A stretch of 64,000 nt of DNA, from the NCBI GenBank assembly GCA_963740355.1, contig CAVUDW010000002.1, forward strand, positions 2,489,537 through 2,553,536, in the 5' to 3' direction. This document shows positions 42,616 to 53,851 of this stretch, piece by piece; position 1 is the first letter of the stretch; each line of letters begins with the position of its first letter. The notes beneath the pieces are model-generated. The model saw only the letters and a program-made list of their open reading frames with translations, was not told where the DNA came from and ran no database searches. The stretch comes from an uncultured Gemmatimonadaceae bacterium (GTDB lineage Bacteria > Gemmatimonadota > Gemmatimonadetes > Gemmatimonadales > Gemmatimonadaceae). The position numbers and the translations under genes are program-made.

Positions 42616-43547
42616 ACCGGCCGAAGGAACGCCCCACAGGGATGCGCCGCGCCGTCGTATTGTTCCCCGGTGGCCTCACCATGGGGAACCTGTTTTTCGG
42701 GATCTTCGCGATGATCAGCGCCAGCCGCGGCGAGTTCGGTCGCGCGGTGTTGTTCATCGTCTGCGGTGGCGTCTGCGATATGCTCGACGGCCGCGTGGCT
42801 CGGGCCACGAATTCCGGCAGCGAATTCGGTGAGCAACTGGATTCGCTCGTCGATGCCATCTCGTTCGGGCTCGCGCCCGCGATGATCACCTACTTCGCCG
42901 TGCTCACGCCGACCGAACCAGGGCGTGATCGATGGTCGTGGATTCTCGTCTTCTTCTTCTGCATGTGTGCGGTGCTCCGACTGGCGCGCTTCAACATCAC
43001 GCAGGCCGGCGCGAAGAAGAGCTACTTCGTGGGGCTGCCGAGTCCCGCGGCGGGCGGCACACTCGCGACGTACCACTGGTTCGCACAGACGCCCCTGTAT
43101 CAGCAGACGATGATCGGCGACCTGCCATGGCACGAGTTGGTGAAGTACCTGATGATTGGCCTGTCGTTGCTGATGATCAGTAACGTGCGGTATCCGGCCT
43201 TCCCACGCACGGGTTTCCGCGACTGGCGGGGCGTGGTGGGATCGGTCACGGTGCTCACCTGCCTCGCAGGCGCGATTTTCCTGCCCCGCGAGTTCTTCTT
43301 TCCTGCCGGCCTCACATACGTGCTGGTGGGACTGCTCGGCACGATCCTGCAGTCGCTGAGCGATCGGCCCGATCCACTCGGGTCCGACGATCTCACCGAC
43401 GATCGTGCCATCGCCGCGTCGGATGCGCTCACCGTGGTGAGTGCGAACCGCCGACGGAAGCGCCGACGTTCGCGCGATGACAACCCGGTGATCTCGCCAT
43501 CACCGTCTTCCAATCCTCCCCGCTCGCCACAAGAGCCCAAAGAATGA
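42612..43547 (+). CDS. pssA: CDP-diacylglycerol--serine O-phosphatidyltransferase
   Basis: CDP-alcohol motif DMLDGRVAR...GEQLDSLVD..SFG.AP, LRLARFN, FVGLPSP. Confidence 0.9.
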   Translation: MNRPKERPTGMRRAVVLFPGGLTMGNLFFGIFAMISASRGEFGRAVLFIVCGGVCDMLDGRVARATNSGSEFGEQLDSLVDAISFGLAPAMITYFAVLTPTEPGRDRWSWILVFFFCMCAVLRLARFNITQAGAKKSYFVGLPSPAAGGTLATYHWFAQTPLYQQTMIGDLPWHELVKYLMIGLSLLMISNVRYPAFPRTGFRDWRGVVGSVTVLTCLAGAIFLPREFFFPAGLTYVLVGLLGTILQSLSDRPDPLGSDDLTDDRAIAASDALTVVSANRRRKRRRSRDDNPVISPSPSSNPPRSPQEPKE

Positions 43548-43801
43548 GCCGCTTTCGCGTCAGTGTTCATATCGTCCCCCGCAAGGGACTGCTCGATCCG
43601 CAGGGCAAGGCCGTCACCGACGCGCTGCATGCGCTGGGGTTCAGTGATGTCGACGACACGCGCATTGGTCGACACATCGTACTCGACGTCAAGGCCGACA
43701 GCGCCGCCGCAGCCGAGCTCTCGGTGAAGGCGATGTGCGACAAGCTGCTCGCGAACCCGGTGACGGAAGACTACCAGATCGCATCGACGGTGACGGCCTG
43801 A
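43544..43801 (+). CDS. purS: FGAM synthase subunit PurS
   Basis: LDPQG.AV, MCDKLLANPV.EDY. Confidence 0.95.
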   Translation: MSRFRVSVHIVPRKGLLDPQGKAVTDALHALGFSDVDDTRIGRHIVLDVKADSAAAAELSVKAMCDKLLANPVTEDYQIASTVTA

Positions 43802-43803
43802 CG

Positions 43804-44496
43804 ATGAAGTTCGGAATCGTCACCTTCCCCGGCTCCAACTGCGATGTCGACGCCCTGCACGCCGTCACCGACCAGCTGGGGCAAACGGCCGTGTCGCTCT
43901 GGCATCGTGATCACGACATCCAGAACTGCGATGTGCTGATTCTCCCGGGTGGATTCAGCTACGGCGACGCGCTCCGCGCTGGCGCCATCGCGCGCTTCAG
44001 CCCGATCATGCAGGAAGTGGTGGCGCATGCCGAACGCGGCGCCCCGGTGATCGGCATTTGCAACGGGTTCCAGATCCTGTGCGAATCGCACCTGCTCCCT
44101 GGTGCCCTGATGCGCAACGCGGGACTGCAGTTCATCTGCGACTGGGTGCACCTGCGCGTCGAAGGTTCGGCGCCGATGTACCTGAGCGGCTACCAGCCAG
44201 GCCAGGTGCTCCGCATCCCGATCGCACACGGCGAGGGACGCTTCGAAGCCGACGCGGCGACGCTCGACGCGCTCGAGGAGAAGGGTCAGGTGGTGTTCCG
44301 CTACTGCGACGCGAACGGTGTCGTCACCGACGCGGCGAATCCGAACGGTGCCACGCGTGGTATCGCGGGGATCACGAATGCGGCGGGTAATGTCCTTGGC
44401 ATGATGCCGCATCCAGAGCGCGCCGTAGAGGCGCTGCTTGGATCGACGGATGGCTTGCCCTTGTTTGAATCCTTGCTGGCACGGGTGGGCGCATGA
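43804..44496 (+). CDS. purQ: FGAM synthase glutaminase subunit PurQ
   Basis: [35 protein letters not shown] 43804. Confidence 0.97.
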   Translation: MKFGIVTFPGSNCDVDALHAVTDQLGQTAVSLWHRDHDIQNCDVLILPGGFSYGDALRAGAIARFSPIMQEVVAHAERGAPVIGICNGFQILCESHLLPGALMRNAGLQFICDWVHLRVEGSAPMYLSGYQPGQVLRIPIAHGEGRFEADAATLDALEEKGQVVFRYCDANGVVTDAANPNGATRGIAGITNAAGNVLGMMPHPERAVEALLGSTDGLPLFESLLARVGA

Positions 44497-46781
44497 GTAC
44501 GACGACTTCGAAGGTGCAGGCGCGACCCGGCGATCCTGCCATCACGCCGGCGCTGGTGGCGGAGCACGGCATCACACCATTCGAGTACGAAAAACTCCTC
44601 GGTCTGCTTGGGCGTGAGCCGACGTTCACCGAACTTGGCATCGTCAGTGCGCTCTGGAGCGAGCACTGCTCGTACAAGCATTCACGGCCCGTCTTGAAGA
44701 CGCTGCCGACCAAGGCGCCATACGTGTTGCAAGGTCCTGGCGAAAATGCCGGCGTGATCAGCGTCGGTGATGGCTGGGCGGTCGCGTTCAAGATCGAGAG
44801 CCACAATCACCCGTCCGCCGTGGAACCGTACCAGGGCGCGGCGACTGGTGTGGGCGGCATCCTGCGGGACGTGTTCACGATGGGCGCACGGCCGATCGCC
44901 ATGCTCAACTCGCTCCGTTTCGGGAGCCTCGATTCGCCGCGCGTGCGCTGGCTGGTGTCGGGTGTCGTGAAGGGAATCGGTGACTACGGCAATTGTATCG
45001 GTGTGCCGACGGTGGCCGGCGATGTGATGTTCGATCCCGCGTACGAGGGCAACCCGCTCGTGAACGCGATGTGCGTTGGCTTGATGCGCGAGGATGAGCT
45101 CATCACTGCCAAGGCGGAAGGCATCGGCAATCCGATCCTTGCGGTTGGCGCGCGCACCGGTCGCGACGGAATTCACGGCGCCAGCTTCGCCTCGGAGGAC
45201 CTGAGTGAGGAGAACGAAGCCAAGCGCCCGCGGGTGCAGGTCGGCGACCCGTTCACCGAGAAGTTGTTGCTCGAGGCATCGCTCGAGCTGATCCGGAGCG
45301 GGCACATCGTCGCCATCCAGGACATGGGCGCGGCTGGCCTGACGTCGAGCAGCGCAGAGATGGCTGAGCGCGGCGATGTGGGCGTCGTGATCGACGTCAC
45401 CAAGGTTCCCGTGCGCGAAGAAGGGATGACGCCGTACGAAATCCTGCTCAGCGAAAGCCAGGAGCGCATGCTCGTCGTCGCGAAGCGTGGACACGAGGAA
45501 GAAGCGAAAGCCATCCTGCGGAAGTGGGACCTGCAGGCCGAAGTGATCGGTGAGGTGATCGCCGAGCCGGTCTACCGCGTGGTCGAGGGTGATCGTGTGG
45601 TGGCGGAGTTCCCGGGAAGCCGACTCGTGACGGAGTGCCCGCAGTATCACCCGGAAGCGCGCGAGAGCGAGGCGATCATCGCCCTGCGCGCACGCGACCC
45701 TCACGCGGTACCGGAGCGTGCCGAAGAGGCGGATGCCGCATGGACGCTGCGTGAGTTGCTCTCGTCGCCGACGATTGCCAACAAGCGCTGGATCTACCGG
45801 CAGTACGATTCGCAGGTGCGCACGAGTACCGTTGCGGGGCCTGGGGCGGCCGATGCCGCCGTGGTGCGCCTCCGTGGCACCACCAAGGCGCTCGCGCTCA
45901 AGACTGACTGCAACTCACGTTACGTGTACCTCGATCCGCGCATGGGCGGACGAATCGCTGTTGCGGAGGCGGCGCGCAACGTGGCCTGCACTGGCGGTCG
46001 CCCGATGGCGATCACGAATTGCCTGAACTTCGGTAATCCGAAGAAGCCCGAGGTGTTCTTCCAGTTCCGTGAAGCCGTTGGCGGTATGGGCGAGGCGTGC
46101 CTTGCTCTCGGTACACCCGTGACCGGTGGCAACGTCTCCCTCTACAATGAAAACCCCCAGGGCGCGGTGTTCCCGACGCCCACGGTCGGCATGGTTGGCC
46201 TGATCGAGAACATCGAGCACATCACCCGCAGCGCCTTCCACGTGGCTGGCGACAGCATCGTGCTGCTCGGTAGCGACACGAATGAACTGGGCGCGAGTGA
46301 ATATCTCTCGCGGGTGCACGGGCTCACCATCGGCGCGGTGCCGGTGGTGGATCTCGATCACGAGAAGCGGCTGGTCGACGCACTGCTCGAGGCGATCGCG
46401 GCCGGCGTGATCCACTCGGCGCATGACATCAGCGAGGGTGGACTGGCTGTCGCGCTGGCGGAATGCTGCATGGGCGACGCCGACCTGTCGTACGGTGCCA
46501 CGGTGGACATTGCCGATGCCGCCGTGACGTCGGACCGTGCGGCGCTCTTTGGCGAGGCACAGGGACGTGTCTTGGTCAGCACTTCCAATGCTGAGGCCGT
46601 AATGAAGCACGCGGCGTCGCATGGCATCGCCGCACGAGTGATCGGTACTGTCACGGCAGATCAACGCCTCGTGCTCCGCACGGGTGCACGAACGATCGAC
46701 ACACCGCTGGCGCCCTTGGCAGAGGCGTACTTCAATGCGATTCCCGCACTGATGCAACGCGCTGCCACTGCGACGGCTTGA
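44493..46781 (+). CDS. purL: FGAM synthase subunit PurL
   Basis: [40 protein letters not shown]. Confidence 0.97.
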   Translation: MSTTTSKVQARPGDPAITPALVAEHGITPFEYEKLLGLLGREPTFTELGIVSALWSEHCSYKHSRPVLKTLPTKAPYVLQGPGENAGVISVGDGWAVAFKIESHNHPSAVEPYQGAATGVGGILRDVFTMGARPIAMLNSLRFGSLDSPRVRWLVSGVVKGIGDYGNCIGVPTVAGDVMFDPAYEGNPLVNAMCVGLMREDELITAKAEGIGNPILAVGARTGRDGIHGASFASEDLSEENEAKRPRVQVGDPFTEKLLLEASLELIRSGHIVAIQDMGAAGLTSSSAEMAERGDVGVVIDVTKVPVREEGMTPYEILLSESQERMLVVAKRGHEEEAKAILRKWDLQAEVIGEVIAEPVYRVVEGDRVVAEFPGSRLVTECPQYHPEARESEAIIALRARDPHAVPERAEEADAAWTLRELLSSPTIANKRWIYRQYDSQVRTSTVAGPGAADAAVVRLRGTTKALALKTDCNSRYVYLDPRMGGRIAVAEAARNVACTGGRPMAITNCLNFGNPKKPEVFFQFREAVGGMGEACLALGTPVTGGNVSLYNENPQGAVFPTPTVGMVGLIENIEHITRSAFHVAGDSIVLLGSDTNELGASEYLSRVHGLTIGAVPVVDLDHEKRLVDALLEAIAAGVIHSAHDISEGGLAVALAECCMGDADLSYGATVDIADAAVTSDRAALFGEAQGRVLVSTSNAEAVMKHAASHGIAARVIGTVTADQRLVLRTGARTIDTPLAPLAEAYFNAIPALMQRAATATA

Positions 46782-46793
46782 GGACATAGACGA

Positions 46794-48173
46794 ATGTGTG
46801 GAATCTTCGGAGTTTTCGGCACGCCCGACGCGGCGGCGCTGACGCATCTCGGCCTGTACGCGCTGCAGCATCGCGGTCAGGAGTCCGCCGGGATCGTGAC
46901 GGTGGATCTCGACGGCGCGGCACACCCCATTCGCGCGATGGGGCTGGTGTCGGAGGCGATCCCGGCGTCCGCCATTGCACCGCTGATCGGTGACGTGGCG
47001 ATCGGCCACACGCGGTACAGCACCGCCGGCAGCTCGACGGTCGAGAATGCGCAACCGATCATGGCACGTTTCAAGGGCGGCGTGATCGCGCTTGCGCACA
47101 ACGGCAACCTGACCAATGCGTCGGAGATTCGCGCCGAACTCGAGGCACAGGGATCGATCTTCACGTCGACCATGGATTCGGAGGTGCTGCTGCACCGCCT
47201 GGCGCGGTCGAACCACGAAGATCCTATCCAGCGGCTGACGGATGCACTGGAAGGGGTTGAAGGCGCGTACTCGATCGTCGTCCTCATCAACCAGACACTG
47301 CTCGCGGCACGTGATCCGCGTGGATGGCGTCCGCTGGTGCTCGGTCGGCTCGGCGACAGCATCATCGCGACCAGTGAGACCTGTGCCCTGGACATCGTGA
47401 ATGCGACGCTGCTGCGGGAAGTGATGCCGGGTGAGATCGTGGCGATCGAGGCGGGCGAGATTCGGACAGTGCAGGCGTTCGAGGTGCAGCCGCTGAAGAA
47501 GTGTGTGTTCGAGCACGTGTACTTTGCGCGTCCCGATAGCCAGATTTTCGGGCACAGCGTCGATCGGGCACGCCGTGCGCTGGGCAAGCAGCTGGCGCGC
47601 GAGTGCCCTGCACCGGGCGCAGATCTCGTCTTTGCGGTGCCAGATTCCTCGAATGCCGCGGCGCTCGGTTATGCGGAAGAGAGTGGCCTGCCACTCGAAC
47701 TGGCCCTGATCCGCAATCACTACATCGGACGCACGTTCATCCAGCCAACGCAGTCGGGACGCATTGCGAAGGTGAAGGTGAAGTACAACGCCGTCCGCGA
47801 AGTCCTGCAGGGCCGCAGCGTGGTGATGATCGATGACTCGATCGTGCGCGGGACGACCACCCGCGGCCTGGTGAAGATGATCCGCGATGCCGGTGCCCGC
47901 GAAGTCCATATGCGAGTGAGCTCGGCACCGGTTACTGGGCCGTGCTGGTACGGCATCGATACGCCGCGGAAGGAGGAGTTGATCGCCTCCGCGCGAAATG
48001 TCACCGAGATCGGTGACGCGCTTGGCGTCGACTCGCTTGGTTATCTCTCGATCGACGGCATGTTGTCGTCCGTCCCGGGTGGACCGACCGGGTTTTGTGA
48101 CGCATGCTTCAGTGGGAACTATCCCACCGAGCCACCGGCAGACCTGGTCAGCGGGCGTGCGTACGGCCTCTGA
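46794..48173 (+). CDS. purF: Amidophosphoribosyltransferase
   Basis: N-terminal MCG, LQHRGQES, GHTRYST, DDSIVRGTT. Confidence 0.97.
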   Translation: MCGIFGVFGTPDAAALTHLGLYALQHRGQESAGIVTVDLDGAAHPIRAMGLVSEAIPASAIAPLIGDVAIGHTRYSTAGSSTVENAQPIMARFKGGVIALAHNGNLTNASEIRAELEAQGSIFTSTMDSEVLLHRLARSNHEDPIQRLTDALEGVEGAYSIVVLINQTLLAARDPRGWRPLVLGRLGDSIIATSETCALDIVNATLLREVMPGEIVAIEAGEIRTVQAFEVQPLKKCVFEHVYFARPDSQIFGHSVDRARRALGKQLARECPAPGADLVFAVPDSSNAAALGYAEESGLPLELALIRNHYIGRTFIQPTQSGRIAKVKVKYNAVREVLQGRSVVMIDDSIVRGTTTRGLVKMIRDAGAREVHMRVSSAPVTGPCWYGIDTPRKEELIASARNVTEIGDALGVDSLGYLSIDGMLSSVPGGPTGFCDACFSGNYPTEPPADLVSGRAYGL

Positions 48174-48218
48174 CCGGCCTCCTCTACCCCACCGTCTCAC
48201 GTGTCGACTTCTGCACCC

Positions 48219-50888
48219 ATGACCGATCGCCGTTACGTCTACTTCTTCGGCAACGGGCAGGCCGACGGCACGCGTGAGATGAAGGCGATACTCGGCGGCA
48301 AGGGGGCCAACCTCGCTGAGATGACGAATATCGGCGTGCCAGTGCCGCCGGGATTCACGATGACCTGCGAGCTCTGTGCGCTCTACCTGCGCGACCAGGC
48401 GTACCCGCAGGAGTTGCGCGACGAGGTGGCCCTCAACCTCACGCGTCTCGAGGAAGTGTCGGGCAAGCGGTTCGGCGATCGCAGCAATCCGTTGCTGGTG
48501 TCCGTGCGTTCCGGCGGCGCCGTCTCGATGCCCGGGATGATGGAGACCATCCTCAATCTCGGCCTCAACGATGAGACCGTGGAAGGGCTGGCGACGAACA
48601 GTGGAAATGCGCGCTTCGCATACGACAGCTACCGCCGCTTCCTGCAGATGTATGGCGATGTCGTGCTCAACGTGCCGATGCAGAAGTTCGAGCATCTGCT
48701 GGAAGCGAAGCGCCTGACGCAGGGCGTCAGCAACGACTCCGACCTGAGCGAGGCGTCGCTGCGCACCCTTGTGGAGGAGTACAAGCTCCTCGTGCGTCAC
48801 TCGGCGGGCCGCGACCTCCCGATGGACCCCGTCGAGCAGCTCTGGGGCGCCACCGAGGCCGTGTGGCGAAGCTGGATGTTGAAGAAGGCGGTGGACTACC
48901 GCCGCGTGAACGGCATTCCCGATACCATCGGCACGGCCGTGAATGTGGTCGCAATGGTCTTCGGCAACATGGGCGATGACTCCGGCACCGGCGTGGCGTT
49001 CACGCGAGACCCGTCGACCGGGGAGCGTGCGTTCTACGGCGAATTCCTGGTGAACGCACAGGGTGAGGATGTCGTGGCCGGCATTCGCACCCCACTGCGC
49101 ATCGATCGCATGTCGGAGCTGCTGCCCGAGGCATACCAGGAGCTGATGCAGACGCAGCTCGCGCTGGAAACACATTTTCGCGACATGCAGGACCTCGAGT
49201 TCACCGTCGAGCGCGGGAAGCTGTACCTGCTGCAGACGCGCACCGGCAAGCGAACGTCGGCGGCCGCGCTCCGCATCGCGCGCGACATGGTCAACGAAGG
49301 GCTGATCACGCCCAACGAGGCGGTGATGCGCATCCCTGCCCATCAGCTGGACCAGCTACTGCACCCGGTGATCGATGCGGGCCAGCGCGCGCCCGTGATC
49401 TGCAAGGGGCTGCCGGCATCACCTGGCGCGGCCAGCGGGATTGCCGTTTTCGACGCCGACACCGCGGAGCAGCGTGCGGCGCGTGGCGACAGCGTGATCC
49501 TGGTGCGCGACGAAACCACACCAGAGGACTTCCACGGCATGGTCGTCGCACGCGCGGTGTTGACGGCGCGTGGCGGCATGACGAGCCACGCCGCCGTGGT
49601 TTGTCGCGGCATGGGAAAGTGCGCGGTGGTGGGCGTGACGAAGATGACCGTCGATGCCGAAGGTCGACACTTCAAGGTCGACGAGACCATCGTCCGCGAG
49701 GGCGACTGGATCACCGTCGATGGAGCCACCGGCAACGTCTATCTTGGCGAATTGCAGACGGTGCCGAGCGAAGTGATGCGCGTCATCAACGGGACGATCA
49801 GGCCAGATCAGGCACCGACGTACCTTGCGTTCCGACAGGTCCTCGAGTGGGCCGATGGTTCGCGCCGACTCCGTGTGCGCGCGAATGCCGATACACCGAA
49901 GGATGCGCGCATCTCGCGAGCGTTCGGTGCCGAGGGCATCGGTCTCTGTCGCACGGAACACATGTTCTTCGAGGGAGACCGGATCAACTCCGTGCGCGAG
50001 ATGATTCTCGCGCACGATGAGACAGGTCGACGACGCGCGCTCGCGAAGCTGCTGCCGATGCAGCGCAGTGACTTCGAGGCGATCTTCGAGGCGATGAACG
50101 GTTTCCCGGTGAACATCCGCCTTCTCGATCCGCCGCTGCATGAGTTCCTGCCACATGGCGGCGAGGAGACGAAGATGCTGGCGCGGCAACTCGGGGTATC
50201 GCGCGAGGAGCTGTTGCGGGTGGTGGATTCGCTGCGCGAGACGAATCCGATGCTCGGCCATCGTGGTGCGCGACTGCTCGTGACGTATCCGGAGATCACG
50301 GAGATGCAGGTGCGCGCGATCTTCGAGGCGGCCGTGAAGGCCAAGCGTCGCGGCATCGATGTGCGTCCCGAGATCATGGTGCCGCTGATCATGAGTGCCA
50401 AGGAGCTGTCGCACCAGAAGGCGATCATCGATGAGGTCGCACGCCAGGTGCTGGGCGGCATGGGCGAACCTGTGGAATACCAGGTCGGCACGATGATCGA
50501 GTTGCCGCGCGCCGCGTTGACCGCGTCCGAGATCGCAAAGGTGGCCGAGTACTTCTCGTTCGGCACCAACGACCTCACACAGACGACGCTTGGGCTGAGC
50601 CGCGATGATGCCGGTCGCTTCCTGCCGCTGTACGTGGAGAACGGCATGTTGCCCGACGATCCATTCCAGGTGCTTGACCAGGAAGGGGTTGGCAAGTTGA
50701 TCCGCATCGCGATGGAATCGGGCCGGAAGACTCGCCCTGGAATGAAGGCGGGAATTTGCGGTGAGCATGGGGGTGACCCGAAGAGCATCGCCTTCGTGCA
50801 TCGCACAGGCTTGGACTATGTCAGCTGTTCACCGTTCCGCGTGCCGATTGCGAGACTGGCCGCGGGTCAGGCTGCGCTCGAGTCGTGA
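48219..50888 (+). CDS. ppdK: Pyruvate, phosphate dikinase
   Basis: LGGKGANL, SVRSG, GGMTSHAAV, GIGLCRTEHMF, FSFGTNDLTQ, GICGEHGG. An alternative GTG start is at 48201. Confidence 0.97.
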   Translation: MTDRRYVYFFGNGQADGTREMKAILGGKGANLAEMTNIGVPVPPGFTMTCELCALYLRDQAYPQELRDEVALNLTRLEEVSGKRFGDRSNPLLVSVRSGGAVSMPGMMETILNLGLNDETVEGLATNSGNARFAYDSYRRFLQMYGDVVLNVPMQKFEHLLEAKRLTQGVSNDSDLSEASLRTLVEEYKLLVRHSAGRDLPMDPVEQLWGATEAVWRSWMLKKAVDYRRVNGIPDTIGTAVNVVAMVFGNMGDDSGTGVAFTRDPSTGERAFYGEFLVNAQGEDVVAGIRTPLRIDRMSELLPEAYQELMQTQLALETHFRDMQDLEFTVERGKLYLLQTRTGKRTSAAALRIARDMVNEGLITPNEAVMRIPAHQLDQLLHPVIDAGQRAPVICKGLPASPGAASGIAVFDADTAEQRAARGDSVILVRDETTPEDFHGMVVARAVLTARGGMTSHAAVVCRGMGKCAVVGVTKMTVDAEGRHFKVDETIVREGDWITVDGATGNVYLGELQTVPSEVMRVINGTIRPDQAPTYLAFRQVLEWADGSRRLRVRANADTPKDARISRAFGAEGIGLCRTEHMFFEGDRINSVREMILAHDETGRRRALAKLLPMQRSDFEAIFEAMNGFPVNIRLLDPPLHEFLPHGGEETKMLARQLGVSREELLRVVDSLRETNPMLGHRGARLLVTYPEITEMQVRAIFEAAVKAKRRGIDVRPEIMVPLIMSAKELSHQKAIIDEVARQVLGGMGEPVEYQVGTMIELPRAALTASEIAKVAEYFSFGTNDLTQTTLGLSRDDAGRFLPLYVENGMLPDDPFQVLDQEGVGKLIRIAMESGRKTRPGMKAGICGEHGGDPKSIAFVHRTGLDYVSCSPFRVPIARLAAGQAALES

Positions 50889-50909
50889 ACGGGCGCCAAG
50901 AGTGGTCGG

Positions 50910-52016
50910 GTGGCTGAGGCGCTGAAAGCGCAGTTTGGTGTTCCCGTGGTGCGGCGCCTCGCCAAAGAGATCGCCGGCGTGTACAAGCGGTTCGACAGGA
51001 AGGCCTTCGAGCGCGACGCGCTGGATGGCTTCGAGGCGCTCGAGCTGCTCGATCGGGGGCGTCACCTCGGGACGATGCTGCACCGTCACCTGCCGGGCGA
51101 TTTCGCGTCGGCCGTGGACATCCTTCTGGCGACGCTGCCGACAGCGCGCGCGGGTGAAGGTGGAATGGCGTCGTTCTTCTACCTGCCCCACACGGAATTC
51201 GTACGGGCGCACGGCGTGCCGCACTTCGAGGACTCGATGCGCGCGCTGCATGCGCTGACGCAGTGCTTCACCGGCGAGTTCGCCATTCGCCCATTTCTCG
51301 AGCATGATGAGGCGCGCACATTGGCGCGGCTCGAACAATGGGCAGTCGACCCGAATGTGCATGTGCGTCGGCTCGTCTCGGAAGGCACGCGGCCGCGCCT
51401 TCCGTGGGCACCGCGCCTGCGCTCTTTTCAGCGCGATCCCAGTGCGGTCTTGCACCTGCTCGAGCTGCTGCGTGACGACGCGGAACTCTACGTTCGGCGT
51501 TCAGTGGCCAACAACCTCAACGACATCGGGAAGGATCATCCGGAACGGCTAGTGACGGTTGCCGGCCGCTGGGTGCAGGGTGCGACAGCGGAGCGTCAGT
51601 GGATCGTGCGTCATGCCTTGCGGTCATCGGTCAAGCGCGGTGACCTCGCGGCGCTCAAGGTCCTTGGGTTCGGCACCACCTCACGCCTCGAGGTCGTACA
51701 GTCGAAGGTCGAACCGGCGCGGCCGAAGTTGGGTGGTCAAGTCGTTGTCACCTGCACCGTGAAGAATCCGTCGCGACGAACGCAGCGCGTGATCGTCGAC
51801 CTTCGTGTGCACTTCACGAAATCCAATGGTGCGACGAGCCCGAAAGTCTTCAAGCTCGCGACGGTCGACTTGGCACCGGGTGCCACACGTGCGCTTCGGA
51901 AGACGGTTTCGCTGGCGGACCTCACCACCCGAAAACACTATCCAGGTCTCCATACGGTGGAGCTGCAACTGAACGGCGCAGTGCAGCCACTCGGAAAATT
52001 CACCGTGGTTCGCTGA
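50910..52016 (+). CDS. AlkC-like DNA alkylation repair glycosylase with C-terminal Ig-like domain
   Basis: EFAIRPF, VRRLVSEGTRPRLPW, YVRRSVANNLNDI.KD, beta-rich C-terminus ending TTRKHYPG. Confidence 0.85.
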   Translation: MAEALKAQFGVPVVRRLAKEIAGVYKRFDRKAFERDALDGFEALELLDRGRHLGTMLHRHLPGDFASAVDILLATLPTARAGEGGMASFFYLPHTEFVRAHGVPHFEDSMRALHALTQCFTGEFAIRPFLEHDEARTLARLEQWAVDPNVHVRRLVSEGTRPRLPWAPRLRSFQRDPSAVLHLLELLRDDAELYVRRSVANNLNDIGKDHPERLVTVAGRWVQGATAERQWIVRHALRSSVKRGDLAALKVLGFGTTSRLEVVQSKVEPARPKLGGQVVVTCTVKNPSRRTQRVIVDLRVHFTKSNGATSPKVFKLATVDLAPGATRALRKTVSLADLTTRKHYPGLHTVELQLNGAVQPLGKFTVVR

Positions 52017-52032
52017 CGCAGCGCCGTCGCAA

Positions 52033-52791
52033 TCACCGCGTTGAGTGCGGACGAAAACCCATCGCCGTATTCAGCCAGCGCACGAGTGGCACCATCGTCC
52101 GAAACACGTCCTCGAGGCGATCAGGCAACGACGCCGACGTGACCTCGGCCTGTTTCAACGGGCACCCGGCGGTGAAGCTCTGGTAGCGAAGCCAGTCGCC
52201 TGCAGGATGATCCGCGTCGAATCCGCGCGGCATCCGCTTCAGCACCGCCTCCGTGGACAAGTCACCGAGCAACTTGCGGAATGGTCGCGCCTTCACGATC
52301 GCGTTGAATTCCTCATGCCCGACGTCGAGGGCGCCGCGAATGCGCTTCAGCACTGGTGACGGCGGCATCCAGACGCCACCGCCAGCAAAACAGGCACGTG
52401 GCTCGAGATGGAAGTACAGCCCGGCGCCACCATGTACGGCGTCCTGACCCACGTTGCCCTTCGAGTCGCGGTGGAAGAACCAGCAGGCGGCATTGGTCTT
52501 GTACGGTGCCTTGTTCTTGCTGAAGCGGATGTCACGATGGATGCGGAACATGCTGCCCTTCAACGTCCCTGTGATCTCAGGCATGAACGTGGCGAGCCGA
52601 GCATCCATCTCCTCGATCAATGCCTTCATCGGTTCGCGCAGCGACTGCTCGTAGGTCTCGCGACGAACCTCGAACCACTCGCGGTTGTTGTTGTCGGCAA
52701 GACCCTTGAGGAACGTGAATGCGTCGGTTGGGAAGCCGGTGAATTCCGTGTCGACGATCGCTGTCTTGCGGGCAGTGCCCGCCTTCTTCAT
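52033..52791 (-). CDS. DUF2461 (TIGR02453-like) protein
   Basis: NNNREWF, FRIHRDIRFSKNKAPYK, LKRMPRGF..DHP. ATG 52791 overlaps the upstream stop. Confidence 0.85.
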   Translation of the reverse strand: MKKAGTARKTAIVDTEFTGFPTDAFTFLKGLADNNNREWFEVRRETYEQSLREPMKALIEEMDARLATFMPEITGTLKGSMFRIHRDIRFSKNKAPYKTNAACWFFHRDSKGNVGQDAVHGGAGLYFHLEPRACFAGGGVWMPPSPVLKRIRGALDVGHEEFNAIVKARPFRKLLGDLSTEAVLKRMPRGFDADHPAGDWLRYQSFTAGCPLKQAEVTSASLPDRLEDVFRTMVPLVRWLNTAMGFRPHSTR

Positions 52792-53414
52792 CGCGCCCAT
52801 CCAGCTGGCCTCGGCAGGGTGAAATTTTCCGGACTGTTGGTGCGACCATACCAATCGGCGCCCATGCGAGACACGAGATCGAGCTTCTGCGGGTCGATGA
52901 TGCCGTCGGCACCAACGATCGATTCGTCGGCGTGCGCCGCCACCACTTCACCAAGGATGACGGCGCAGGTCGATGCGGATTCCGGGTAGAGCTGGAACGA
53001 TGCGAGCTTGCACTCGAAACTCATCGGAGCGCCGCGCACACGACGAGGCGCGACGGCGTGCGATGCGTCCGATGCAATGTCTGCGCGCTCGAATTCGCTC
53101 GTGTCTGCATCGAAGGCGAACGACGTGGCGTTCATGGCATGAACCATCGGGTACGCGACCAGGCTGACGACGAACTCGCCCGTATCGCGGATATTGCGTG
53201 CCGTGTCCTTCAGCGAGCCATCCGCGTGGTGCTGCACCGAGATCATGAGCGTCGGCGGCTTCGGCGTGAGCATCTGGAAGAAGCTGAACGGCGCAAGGTT
53301 GGCGACACCGTCCGTAGACAGGGACGACACCCAGGCAATCGGGCGCGGGGCGATGGTCGAGGCCATCCAAAAGTAGGATGTGCGGCGGTCCATCGCCGTA
53401 AAGTCGAGCAGCAT
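52788..53414 (-). CDS. Flavin reductase family protein
   Basis: PRPIAWVS, NLAPFSFF, KDTARNI...GEFVV, FECKL, SRMG. Confidence 0.9.
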   Translation of the reverse strand: MLLDFTAMDRRTSYFWMASTIAPRPIAWVSSLSTDGVANLAPFSFFQMLTPKPPTLMISVQHHADGSLKDTARNIRDTGEFVVSLVAYPMVHAMNATSFAFDADTSEFERADIASDASHAVAPRRVRGAPMSFECKLASFQLYPESASTCAVILGEVVAAHADESIVGADGIIDPQKLDLVSRMGADWYGRTNSPENFTLPRPAGWAR

Positions 53415-53440
53415 GCGGTTCAGGGAAGATGGCGTTCTGC

Positions 53441-53779
53441 GATCAAGGGGTCAGAGATCTTGATCGGGGGAATTCGGGCGTAAGCTATTGCACGGCATTC
53501 GCTTAGCATCCGATCAAGGGGTCAGAGATCTTGATCGGGGGAATTCGGGCGTAAGCTATTGCACGACATTCACTTAGCATCCGATCAAGGGGTCAGAGAT
53601 CTTGATCGGGGAGTAGAGTTCGGGCGCGATCAGAGTCAGCTATTCGCGCGGCATTCGCTTAGCATCCGATCAAGGGGTCAGAGATCTTGGTCGGGGGAAT
53701 TCGAGCGTAAGCTATTGCCCCACATTCACTTGAGCTCCGATCAAGGGGTCAGAGATCTTGGTCGGGGGAGATCTTGGTC
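53441..53779. repeat. Tandem array of 71-bp unit repeat (5 core copies of GATCAAGGGGTCAGAGATCTTGRTC)
   Basis: Cores at 53441, 53512, 53583, 53668 and 53739, with spacings 71, 71, 85, 71. Partial copy at 53768-53779. The linkers are similar to each other. Confidence 0.95.
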
Positions 53780-53851
53780 CGTGGCGCGGCGGGTGGACGA
53801 GCCCAGCATCGGTGCCAGGACACACGGAAGATCGCACGAAAACCTCCCGCG

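Noticed and set aside
45915..49343. 1142-aa minus-strand ORF and other long antisense ORFs (e.g. 6835..9117, 12128..14062, 21603..23396)
   Set aside because: These are shadow frames opposite well-supported genes in high-GC DNA and carry no recognisable motifs.
53441..53779. CRISPR array interpretation (25-bp palindromic repeat, 46-bp spacers)
   Set aside because: Spacers are near-identical within each array and homologous between arrays, and there are no cas genes or AT-rich leader.
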